DNA of 64,000 bases. It comes from Antedon mediterranea. Lineage: Eukaryota; Animalia; Echinodermata. Below the pieces are notes generated by a model. It saw nothing but the letters and a program-made list of their open reading frames with translations. It did not search any database and was not told where the DNA came from. Shown piece after piece: positions 36,556-48,274 of the stretch (position 1 is its first letter; each line of letters starts with the position of its first letter). The position numbers and the translations under genes were made by a program. The DNA lies in contig NC_092678.1 in assembly GCF_964355755.1 (NCBI RefSeq), positions 25,251,365-25,315,364 of the forward strand, given 5' to 3'.

Positions 36556-36859
36556 CACTACGTCACCCTTTTGGTTACCTTCACTCTATATGAATATGAA
36601 TAGATATTACGAAATTATGATAATATATAAACAGTAAAATATACTTAATCCTAGGCCTGCACATGGGGAGCTGTGACCTATACCATCGCAGTAGACAACA
36701 CCACTTTTAGCCTATCCTTAGGCCTATCTTTATGTTGCCCTGCTGGTGGTGGTGGTGGGCCTAGCCTAACTAACCACATAATATGTAACTAGGAAATACC
36801 TAAAAGGTCATTTAGAATAATCAGCAAGTCCTAATTAGTATGACAAACAAAACAAAAAT

Positions 36860-37070
36860 CATATTACCAAATAATGTGAGAATTTAATGTTAAGCAGCTG
36901 TGATTAACAGACCAATTAAACCGAGTTGATGACAAAACAAAAACACATTATTATAACACAACGTTACACACCACTGATCACAATCTGACCTTTGACCATC
37001 AACATATGGATGATGACATCCCATCAACAGAAGCTCCAGGAAAGAAGTTTTTAAAAGAAGGTATAAACAT
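36860..37070. promoter_or_regulatory. Probable bidirectional promoter between TRABD (-) and LRR-ARH (+)
   Basis: Start codons diverge less than 1 kb apart (36555 and 37501). Candidate non-coding-exon donors at about 36867 (minus, GTAATA) and about 37062 (plus, GTATAA), with acceptors just upstream of each coding exon. TSS positions are inferred only. Confidence 0.5.
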
Positions 37071-37264
37071 CAAAAAGTAGTTTAATTTTTGTCTGTTTTG
37101 AATAAATTTGTCATGCATTCTTTTTATAGTATTCAAGTGCATTTAATTATGATAATAATTGTAATAAAACCTGATGCTAATAGCAAATTTAAGCTTGCCT
37201 CTACTACTACTTTACTAGTCTAGTGCAGTGTAGTACTACCACCTAGCTAGGCCTTGCAGTTGCC

Positions 37265-37438
37265 TTGCACACACTCACTCAGAGCAGCACTGCACAGGCA
37301 CAGCATATCCTAGATAGAGTAGAGTAGAAGTTAGCTAGACCTAGCTAGACTTTGCACACACTCACTCAGAGCAGCACTGCACAGGCACAGCATATCCTAG
37401 ATAGAGTAGAGTAGAAGTTAGCTAGACCTAGCTAGACT
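37265..37438. repeat. Exact 87-bp tandem duplication upstream of the LRR-ARH start
   Basis: ttgcacacactcactcagagcagc...gctagacctagctagact occurs twice. Confidence 0.9.
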
Positions 37439-37500
37439 TTTTTTAATATAAAATTATTATGCACTTTTCTTCACACCAGATGCCGTAAACATTAAGCATC

Positions 37501-40500
37501 ATGGGAAATGTACAAGTGCAAGATTTTGCGCCTGTGCGTCAGGATGAACGGCGCGAACTGAACCTTGCGTGTCGAGTTACACCGCAATCATATCAGCAGG
37601 TACTTATGGAAAGTTTCTATATTTTACAAAATATGTGCATTTAGATTTATCAATATAAATTGATAATTATAACGTCATACCTTGAATTACCTTTCAAGGT
37701 AATTCAAGGTATGACGTGACTATGATTCAAATATTACAAAATATTAGTGGTATGACTGTTATTATTGATAAGAATGAAGTATACACTATTTTGTGTTTTT
37801 TCTATGAATTTCTATGTTTAATGAAAACTAATAATATTCTTTCTTTCAGCATGTAGATGGTGTTGCTGTAGAGGGTGCTCTAACTGAGCTTCCGTGGTCA
37901 ATCGTTGACTCTGTCTCTCTCTTTGAGGAAATGGATGCATCGTTCAACGAACTCACAAAAATACCACCAGAGATTCCGCTCCGTTTACCGCACCTCAACA
38001 CGCTGAACTTAAGTCACAATCGTCTGACGTCACTCCCCGATAGCTTTGCTCTCCTTTTTCATCTTAAAAGCGTGCTACTCCATCACAATCAACTTCAAAA
38101 TCTTCCGAAAACTTTCATTCATCTTGTTAAACTACAAAAACTAGATCTGTCGTTTAATAATCTGTTAACTTTACCAGAAAATATCGGTCAAATGGAGTCT
38201 TTAACGAAACTGAATGTGTCGGACAATCAACTGCATCGGATTCCTATTTCACTCGGTGGACCAAATAAAATGAAGGTTCTTCTGGCACTTAACAATCAAT
38301 GTCTGCTGCCACCACAGACAGTTTGTAATGAAGGCTCAGAGGCTTTGTTGAACTTTATTCGTCTTCAGTTTCACAATGGCAACCTGCCAAAAGTTCTGTT
38401 GCCAGGCAATATATTCCCGAGAGTGCGAGGTAAATAAAATGTTTCTCGTTCCTCAAATCATGTACATAAAATACTGTACTTTAAATATGGCAGCCTTCTC
38501 TAAACCACCCAATTACCCAGTATATTCCTCGTCGTATTGTATATTTATATTTATAGCATTCTCGTCTGTTTTAAACATCTCGCTACAGCCTTAGATATTA
38601 CTAATAAAAATGTCTTTATTTTCATGTAATTTACAGGTGATGTACTGAACTCATCTGTTGGTAACCCACACTCAGCTCGTGCTCAGTATTTACAGGAACA
38701 GACACAAACAACTAACACCACCAGCAGAATAAGAACACCGCTTAGACCCACACTTGGTGCTACCACCCTTGACGCTGATGAGCTTAGAGACAAGATTATT
38801 GGTAGATGCTTTGTATTCTTATTCACCACTTTGACTTAATGTGAAATGCATGAAACTTAAGTTAGTTAAGTTAGTTTAAACATAATTTAAAGACCAAATA
38901 GAATACATATAAAGTTGTTGCATGAATATTCATTCAATCTTTCTTTTTTTTGGAATCTCTTGACTGACTACAAGACAACGCCCTCTCCTCTCAGGAGGGC
39001 ATTCCACCTGGAGAGCATCTTTGACTTATATAAAACGTTGTCTATAATTGTTGAGAGAATATTGTGTCATAGGTTAAAGTTCAAGCTTAAGCTTATGTGA
39101 CCCTAAAATTCCTTTTTTTTTTCTATGTAGGGTTGATGTATGGAGCGGCAATTGGTGATGCACTTGGTCTCTGTACAGAGAATCTTACACAAGATGAATG
39201 CCAGTTTTATTATGAAGAAGATGATTTAATTTACAAGAACTCAATAAATGACAAACATCGGCTGCAGTGGGATAAAGGAGACTGGACTGCAGACTTTGAC
39301 CAGATGGTAATTTAAGTTAGCAACTGCTATTGGTTTATCACTCCTAATGAGCCCTCCAACGCTGCGTAGCCATTGTGTTCAATAGTAGGAAGAATGTAAA
39401 ACAAAGAAACTATTGATTTGATTTTTTTTTAATGTATTTTTGTGTCTCGTTTTGCTTGTTTGTGTTTGTTAGATTGTGTTTTACTTTATTTTAATTTTTA
39501 AAAAGTTTGTCAAAACTATAATTTAAAATTTGTGATATTTTTTTCTTGTCAGGTGCTTTTATTGGATTCCATTCTTCATTGGGCTGGAGTAGTGGATGAA
39601 CTGGATTTTGCGAAGCGTCTGTTTCTATGGAGTAAACATGGCTTTCCAGATCTTGGCGACACAAAAGGTTATGAGGAGTTTAGCAATTCTGTCGCAAAGG
39701 TAAAGTGACATCATATTGATATTAGGGACTTTGATGGTCTGTTGGCAGCCCTCCTAAAGCTCTGTCTACACTCTCAAACTAGTTTGACAAGAAAAAAGGT
39801 TGATGTACCCAAATATTGTAGTAATGTCATCGTGTCCATGGGCACATACCATTTTTTTTGTCACATAGTTTTATAGTGTAGACAGAGCTTTAGTTTTTAA
39901 AAAAGAATTGAAGTGTGAAAAGAAAAACACTCCTTTGTCTGTGGCTAGTTGGAAATAAACTTTGAATTTATTAAATAGATTTTTTTATATTTTGTGTAAT
40001 ATATAATATAGAGTTTTGGGTGCACAATGTATGTATAGAAGAACTGTTGAACTCCTTATATGTACCTCAAACTTTATATCTATAAATTGTTTTGTTATTC
40101 TATTTTGAAACTTTATTTTTAGGCTGTACATCACAAAGAATTTACCAAAAAACCGCACGATGTATCGCAAGAAATCTGGCAGAAAGCTTTTGACGAGGAC
40201 GACCCAGAGTCATGTGACCACCTAGCAGACAACGGTGCATTAGTGCGAACCGCGTTACTTGGAATTCCGCATTTTCACGATCTTAAAGAAGTGTCTAGCA
40301 ACGCTATCAGGATATGCAAGGCTACCCATTTTGATCCAAGGTATTATTACAAGATGACAGTAAACGTGTTTGCTACATGATAAAACCTATCTGTAGGTGT
40401 ATTTAGTCTTTTTATTGGAGGCGATAGACAGTGTAGATATTTTTATTACTCCTTTATAAGACTTGGGATTATATAAACAAGTATTAATATGCTTGCTGAA

Positions 40501-43500
40501 AGTAATTACAATGTCTGCCATTCAATCTTGGGTGTTAATAGAATGTAATAATAAGTCTGGTTTACAAACTACAGCTATCATTATATTTGGGCGGATTTGC
40601 TTTAAAAAAAATATACTTTGCAGAGAATAATATGTCCTTATAGATCCTGACTCTGAAAAACTATAAATTTAAATTGCAAATGTTTTTATTTAAAAAAAAA
40701 ATAATTATGGAAGACCTCAAAAGTAATTATTTTTACTATTTAATGGTTCTATATCATGGTTCTATTGCATGCTCATTTTTTGTAAGCATTTAAAGAATTA
40801 TTTGGGAGATTAATGACTTCGTTGAAAACAACCTGTAGTGTGTGCTGTCTATAACTGCCAGTTCTCCTCAGCTAACAAACAGAATATTAAGGTGTGATAG
40901 AAAACAAATAATAATCAATTTTTCCTCTCTTTTCAGATGCCGAGCCAGCTGTGTAATAGTGTCAGCCCTCATTGCGAGTATACTTCAAAATTCTCACCCA
41001 CTTTCAAACAAAAAGCACTTGGATGCTATGATATCTGGCGCCGTGGATTTAGGCAAAGAACAACTAAAAAGTTCAAATCACAAGAAACAACTTGCTAATT
41101 ACTGCAGTAAACAGTCTGTTGAACAGTATGTGCTTTTAGTTTCCTTGCATTCACAATAGTATTATGTAGTTTTTATTTAATAGGATAGCCTAAAGAATTT
41201 TAATAGTAATTAAAAATTAAAGCTCTGACTACACTATCAAACCTTATGTGACAACAAATTGTGATGTGCCCATATATGGACATGATGATGTCATACCATT
41301 ATCATATTTAAGCATATCACTACCACATTTGGTCATATCACTACCATTTTTGGCACATCACACTTTTTTTTGTCTGTTTTTTTTTTTTTTTTATTCAATT
41401 CACATTTATTCAGCAATATAAATAGTTACATTACAGGGATTTTACAGAGACAAGTAATTGTCTGTAGTCGTAAGACCCTTTAGAACAAAACAAGTATTAT
41501 CACAAAGAAAAAAAAAAAGTTTGATAATGTAGACATAGTTTAATATACTGTAAATGAAACGAAAACAGAAGAATAAACATCTCTAGTTTCTGATTGCGTA
41601 ATTCATTTATATCGTTCTTACCATAGAGTGGTCTACTAAAGAATGTACTTACTTGTTGATAGTAAGTTTTAAAAAGGTACCGGTAATTTTTGCAGTGAGC
41701 AGTTCACCTCATGACACAGAAACATGAGCTTTATTCTACAATGATTATTTTCTATTGTCTCGCTCCATGAAACACCTGACCCAGCGTGTCCTTAGTAAAC
41801 CTTTGGAAATGCTTTGAACTGTTTTGATACATTTGATCATTACATTGTGCGCACTAGTCCATTAAATAGTATTTATCACTGATTACCGCCATTCTTTGCT
41901 AAGAATGCGATGCAGGTGTGTCAATTATAACTTCCTTTAGCAGTATTTATATTCTCCTTACCTCCATCTTTCATGATATTGCCACCACAATGTATCACAA
42001 TTTGTGAAGTAATACATAATACAGGTGCTATGGCGTCACACCACAGTACAACGGTAAACAAACTCTATGGTTATCCACACCAGTTTGTTGTTTATGTTCA
42101 GTATTTGAAATGGTACATAAATTGTGTATGCACACAGCCACTGTCACACTCCTTTTTTTTCTTTTTTTTTTATATGTGAACTTTATTCAATCAATCGTAC
42201 ATTTGTTATAATGGTAACCACAATAAGGTATAATATTACAGTAGATTTTTACAAACAAAAAAAACAAGACCAATATAAATATAAATTATAAAATATATAC
42301 AATGATTATTTACAGTAATGATAAAAATAAAAATTAATTGTTTATATTGACTATTATTGGAAACAGAAGTTGAATAATAAAATACTGGAAAGTTTAGTTA
42401 GAGGTTTACAATCAATGGAAAAGATGAAAACATATAATATTGTAAGTATTAAAAGTAGCATTGTTTAGAGAGATTACTGTATATTGGCAACGGCCAACTC
42501 ATCAAGAGAACCCCTTGATTGTCAGCATACACTGTTTATGGTTCCCTTCTATAAATAAGGTGAAATAAATATATAAAAAATAAAACTGAAGTATCACAAG
42601 AAATTGAAACTAAAACAAACAAAAAATTCTCTAGTCTATGGCAACAAATGCATTTTTAAAAAGATTTTCGCCTATTTGTTCGATTTGGAACTTCCAAAAC
42701 TTACTTTCTTACGAACCTAGTATTGTGTGTATAATATTACATGTAGTATCACAGTAATATCACAGTAAGTTAAACATTAAAATTAGGTTTTTTATGTAAC
42801 ATTTTTCACCTGTAAGTATCAGTGAACGCAAAGTGCACGCTTAACAAGTTCTTAGATTAATATTCATATCATGCTGATGATCTATATTTGGTGTTTGACG
42901 AAAATATCAGATAATGCAAACATGTATACGACATTCACGTATCAGTGACCAGTGAACGTGATTTCTTTATATCAATGTTGTGTGAAGAAATCCCGATACG
43001 GGTCCATCCTTAATTGAAAATATTACCGACTTGTTTTTGTTTTCCCTGTTGATTGTAATGCGAGATATAAAGTAGTAGTATGCCTAGATCATTTGCATAT
43101 CTTAATTACATATTTGTTATTTTATCATTATATCTGCTGATGACATAATGTTGAAATATGGGATGCTAACTTGATTGCTTGGATTATGTAAAGAGACCAT
43201 GTCAAAATGGTTCTACTGCAGTTACTGTTTAAGTATTATTATTTTTTGGGGTAATCATACACACACCATGACTACAAAAAAAATCATGTTATTGCAGTAA
43301 CAATTACTGCAGTAGATTAATATTGAGATGATTTATTCTCATGAAGGGCTGACTGACATAATTAGTTCACTAAAAATAAATTTGCGGTATTTCCACCACC
43401 CACAAAGTAATCTTGTTGTGCATGCATGTCGCTTTCAAAATAAACTTTGGTTTACTTGGAGTATTCTCTATTTATGGTGTATGTCCTTTAATTCTGATTC

Positions 43501-44566
43501 TCAATTTCTAATTTCTGCTCTGAATTTAATCAAAGTGTTCCAAATATGGTCACACCTTGTTCTTTTTTTAGTAAAGCTCTGTCTACACTATCAAACTAGT
43601 TTGACAATAGTGTGATGTGTCCAAATATGGTAGTGGCTGATATGCTTTAATATGGTAGTGATATGACATCATCATGTCCATATGGGCACATCACATTTTT
43701 TGTCACAAAGTTTGATAGTTTGGACAGAGCTTTATAGTCCAAACATTTGGTGCACTCTTGATTTCTGTTTTTTTAAATGTTTTATGAATTTCTTTTTTCT
43801 TTTTTTTAGAGTTGTTAATTGTGATCAGAATAAACCTAGCCTCACGTTTAAACCAGTTGGAGTCACCTTAGCTGCCCTTCGTTCGCAATTAGATTTTAAG
43901 TAAGTAATCGCTTTCTCCCTTAAATAGAATATATATATATATTGTACATCATTTAAATTTTATATAAGAGCAGTATTACACTTACAGTATAATTTGGATC
44001 CTGTGTGTTATGTGACCATCTATGACACATAGTATTCGCATACAGTAATTACGCAACACATTTTACAATACCGTAGATTCTATAGAGTCGCTATCCAATT
44101 AAATTTGAACCATACCATAAAAGCCCCAGTGGTCTAATGGCAGACTGCCTGCATATCAAGCAGAAGGTTCCAGGTTCAAATCCTGGTTAGGGTGGCTTTT
44201 TCTCATTCTCAAAAGTTTCCTCATCTTAAATGTTTGTTACATAATTCTTTTCAGTATGCCACTGGGCGGTTTAGAAACAAATGTAAATTTATAAATCTCA
44301 AGTTAAATGTGTGGGCTTGTTATTATGATAAAGTGTACAATGGTACAACATGATGAATATCTTTATTTTGCAGGACAGCTTTAAGTAAAATTATAATGTT
44401 GGGAGCAGATAGCAATAGTAATGCATGTGTGACAGGAGCCGTACTTGGATGCATGTATGGGTACCATGCATTACCTAAAGAATGGGTACAAGATCTCCAA
44501 CAAAAAAACTCTAAATGGCTCGACGTCAAAATCAATGCATTTCTAGATTTGATGGCATTGCCATAG
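37501..44566 (+). CDS. Leucine-rich repeat + ADP-ribosylglycohydrolase (ARH/DraG-fold) fusion protein, probable pseudoenzyme
   Basis: Exons 37501-37599, 37850-38429, 38637-38801, 39131-39306, 39553-39699, 40123-40340, 40937-41125, 43810-43899, 44374-44566, all GT-AG and in frame. Exon 2 has 5-6 LxxLxLxxNxLxxLP repeats plus a PPxxVCxxG cap. C-terminal half has DKIIGLMYGAAIGDALG, WTADFDQM, FAKRL..W...GF, ADNGALVRT, ATHFDPRC and GADSNSNACVTGAVLG..YG...LPKEW, all hallmark ADP-ribosylglycohydrolase motifs. Confidence 0.9.
37672..37717. other. Perfect 22-bp inverted repeat with 2-nt loop
   Basis: acgtcataccttgaattacctt-tc-aaggtaattcaaggtatgacgt. Confidence 0.9.
39758..39889. mobile_element. MITE family 1 copy
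   Basis: Both TIRs, in an LRR-ARH intron. Confidence 0.83.
41221..41539. mobile_element. MITE family 1 copy interrupted by a poly(T)-headed insert
   Basis: Left TIR at 41221, subrepeats, T-run and unrelated sequence about 41377-41518, right TIR agtttgataatgtagaca. Confidence 0.72.
43575..43731. mobile_element. MITE family 1 copy
   Basis: Both TIRs. Confidence 0.85.
44121..44300 (+). mobile_element. tRNA-derived SINE
   Basis: Pol III A box TGGTCTAATGG and B box GGTTCAAATCC at tRNA spacing; acceptor stem does not pair, so not a tRNA gene. 3' boundary approximate. Confidence 0.65.
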
Positions 44567-45439
44567 CAAAGCATTTTGGGATTGATAGTTGTACATATCC
44601 AAGGTAATTCATACAACAAGGCATTGCCATAGCAAAGCATTTTGGGAATGATAATTCATACAAAAATGCTATAACACCTTTAAATCTTCAAATTCTGTCT
44701 CTGAGGATGTCACTTCTGCACAATGCACAATGTTACCACCAGTTCTTCTTTCAACACCTGTTCCTTTCAACACTACTTCACTGTTATTTGTCTTCACCAT
44801 GGAAAATCACATTGACTTCAACTGCCTACTGGTGCGATGCTCTCATACCGTATGTGTGCTAATGTAAAGAGTGTGGTGATGAAGCTAGTGATGTTTGGCT
44901 ACAATAATACATGGGTTTAACCAATAAGATCAGTAAAAAATCAGTAACCATTAATTTTAATACACATTAATTTATATATTTTTTTTTATTTATATATATA
45001 TATATATATATTCTTTACAAAGATTAGTACAAAACTGATTAATATATTTTATATTGATTTGTATTGATTAATTTATTAATTTATTCTTGTTTACTCAGCT
45101 TATTATTTTATTTGATGGAAGTATGTATGGTGTAGTGTGTATGATGAATCGCAAACACTGTCTATAGATACGGCATGATAATGATGAATACTTATTTTAA
45201 AAATATATTTAAAAGATAATTAATAATCAGGAATTTTATTATTGATTAAAATAACAATGATAATGTGTTGTTGCTTTTGTTGTTGACATATTCCCTGTCA
45301 GGAGTATGTTTATTGTATGCTGCAGTTTTAACATATTAATTATTATTGTGTATTGATTGATTGATATTGCACTATTTATACTGTTTTGATACGCTCTTCT
45401 TGCTGAACACCAGATACCATTCTTACTCTTCTTGACTTA

Positions 45440-45731
45440 GGGGTCTTTCACACCTGTTCCGGCACGGTCCCAGTCCGACGAATCAAACATAAAATGTTCA
45501 ATGCGTTTATGCGCCTATCGATATGCGCGTAGTAGCCGCGTATCGATATGCGCGTAGTAGCCGCGTATCGATATGCGCGTAGTAGCCGCCTATCGATATG
45601 CGCGTAGTAGCCGCCTATCGATATGCGCGTAGTAGCCGCCTATCGATATGCGCGTAGTAGCCGCCTATCGATATGCGCGTAGTAGCCGCGTGAAAACGAA
45701 GCATTAACGTCATGTGCAAGGTGTGAACGCC
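45440..45731. mobile_element. MITE family 3 (Harbinger-like TIRs) containing a 24-bp CpG-rich tandem array
   Basis: gggtctttcacacct ... aggtgtgaacgccc terminal inverted repeats; internal (tatcgatatgcgcgtagtagccgc[c/g])x7 at about 45512-45692. Confidence 0.72.
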
Positions 45732-46067
45732 CCTTTGCTCCTTTATTCTAAACAAGCATTTTGTTTCAATCACTTCTACAAACTGTTTTAAATTTATGTT
45801 TATGTCTAATACATCCGATTATACATGTTTATGAGGCATCTATATTATGAACACAAGGGTATTCCCCTTTTCTTAAACATTACGATCTTAAAAAACTGTT
45901 ATAATTCGACACAATAATCTTTCTTTAAAGTAGTACTTTGCTTATTCCTCCCCAGAAAAATGTAGTAAACCAAGTAAAGAAAGAAAAACGCCAGTTAATA
46001 ATATATAATATAATCACCAATAAAACAATAAGTCAAACAGTGACTGACAGACCCCACAATCCCACCA

Positions 46068-46210
46068 AATTTCCGCAACTACCGGTCCGACCAGAATTCC
46101 GCAACTATCAGTCAGCCAGAATTCTTCAACTACCGGTCCAACCAAAATTCCGCAATTATCGTTCCAACCAGAATTCCGCAACTACCGTTCCAACCAGAAT
46201 TCCGCAACTT
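46068..46210. repeat. Degenerate about 26-bp tandem repeat
   Basis: aattccgcaactaccg[g/t]tccaaccag-like units, about 5 copies. Confidence 0.8.
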
Positions 46211-47054
46211 TCGTCAAACCGAGGTAAGTTTACTTTATAGATTTCGTAGATATAAAGGATCATGTCTTAATCTACTACAGTTATTATTATTAGATATGTA
46301 ACTTATAATTATAATTATTAGAATCATAGGCGACAAGTTTTAACTTTAAAAAGGTTTAAGAAATCTCTATAATTATTTCTAAGTTCAGTGTTAGTGTCAT
46401 CTCATTATGACCCAACAAATGCAAGGTAGATAATGTATTATTCGTTTCTACGTTGGTGATATAAGACGACGAAAAAAAAGAAACCAATTAGTTGTCACGT
46501 TTACTTCAACATTATCAAATGTAACATTTGAAAATATATATTCTTTCGGATTTTGTCGCTAGTGGTGATTTTGAGACGAAATTGTACCAAGTGCGTGTAG
46601 ATTGATCAAAGTATTCTTGTCTGATTCTGAAATTAAAAACTGTGCTTTAGGTGAGCGTGACCGTACAGTTTAAATACATGACATCATGTGATATCATGTG
46701 TGTTGGCTAAGTGTCATCCTGGATACAATTCGTGCTTTATCAATAATTATTGTAACAGTTAATGGCCGGACATTAGTGGTTACGTAAATCGAGTCAAAAC
46801 TGTAACATGACGTGTTTAAACCGTCTAACCTAAATGAAAACCCATCTTTTGCCGCAAAGTAGGGGTAATGTGCACATTTTAAAGTGATGATAATACTTCT
46901 TTCTTCCCAACACATTCGGTGAAAAAAAAAGAGTAACAAAATCGGGCTGTTTTTGTGCACGTTTTGTGTTTGTAGTACTGGGTTGTTACTGTACACATTT
47001 AATCTTAAAAAGGATGAATGAAACAGAATACTAGGCCTACCGATGAAAATTCTC

Positions 47055-47282
47055 GTCAAGCACGTATTCGTCGTCAAGTACACATTCGTCGTCAAGTACG
47101 CATTCGTCGTCAAGTACTCATTCTTCGTCAAGTACGCATTCGTCGTCAAGTACTCATTCGTCGTCAAGTACTCATTCTTCGTCAAGTACGCATTCATCGT
47201 CAAGAACGCATTCGTCGTCAAGTACGCATTCGTCGTCAATTACGTATTCGTCGTCAAGTACGCGCCGCATTCGTCGTCAAGT
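47055..47282. repeat. 18-bp minisatellite, about 12 copies
   Basis: (gcattcgtcgtcaagtac)n. Confidence 0.9.
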
Positions 47283-47994
47283 AGGCCTACGGCCTACGAT
47301 GATACAACAAAAACCAACAGACACAGAAAATGTCACAAAATAAACAGAATATTATATATATTGCATCAATTTATTATTTTACCTTATCGATAATTATTCT
47401 TTTGTAACATTATATTTTGTTTAACTTTTTACATTTCATAAATTAGGCGACATAATTATAATGATTAAGAAAGAATGCAAACATAGTAATTTCATCATTT
47501 CGTTGATTTTGTCTACCATTACAATGATGTTTATTACTTTCGTTTGTGTTTAAATGCGCATTCTAGGAACTATGCGGTCAAAGTACACTTAGAATTAGAT
47601 CATTGTTTGTCTTTGTAGAATTGTGTTTATATGAGGATAACAAGATGTGTGCGGTTTGCAGGAAAAGACATTTAAATTGTAGTGTGATGGTACGTCCGTA
47701 CCATGATGAAGACGTGCGCGCTCAAAAACTGATAGAATCAGTACGGTTATGTTGTAAGCGCGAGTCACATTTATGATGTCACTGACGTGTGTTGAAGCAG
47801 ATTCGCAATACCTGTTGCAGGATATTGTTCCAGCAGCACATCCCTGGGCCTAGATGGGAGCAGGAACGCTAGTAGACCAAACCCAGTACCGTTTGGATCA
47901 TTTAGGGAATTACACACGTACCCGGGTATAATTATGTGTGCCTTTAAAGGCGTTCCATTACACCAGTCGACGATCGGTGGAGACTCGTGGCTTA

Positions 47995-48150
47995 AGCTTG
48001 GTTCCCACTAGTGACGAAACGCAAGAACGTAACGCAACGTAAGTGATTTGACCAATCACAAGCGATGGATTATAACACTGGCATGTCATTGGTCAAGTCG
48101 CTTGCGTTGCGCGTACGTCCTATGGTTGCGTCTCTAGTGGGAACCACGCT
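47995..48150. mobile_element. MITE family 2 (Harbinger-like)
   Basis: TTA-AGCTTGGTTCCCACTAG ... CTAGTGGGAACCACGCT-TTA, with internal inverted repeat gcaacgtaagtgatttgaccaat / attggtcaagtcgcttgcgttgc. Related internal sequence at about 52420-52630 and 61545-61637. Confidence 0.8.
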
Positions 48151-48274
48151 TTATTCGTCACAGGTTGCACACAACATTTCAGGCAAAAATGAAACTCGCT
48201 TTTGAAGCAAAATTAATCTTGTCAGTGACGATGGCAAAACGTACATGTCTTAGTTACTGAATCTGTCGCTATTT

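Noticed and set aside
44121-44195. Possible tRNA gene
   Set aside because: A and B boxes present but no proper acceptor-stem pairing; better explained as a SINE head.
46694-47393. Overlapping ORFs (TTNAYL / RRQVRI / VVKYAF)n, one protamine-like
   Set aside because: All derive from one 18-bp tandem repeat; no supporting gene structure.
47640-47990. GC-richer stretch that might be an exon
   Set aside because: No recognisable ORF or splice pair; more likely 3' UTR or flank of peptide paralog A.
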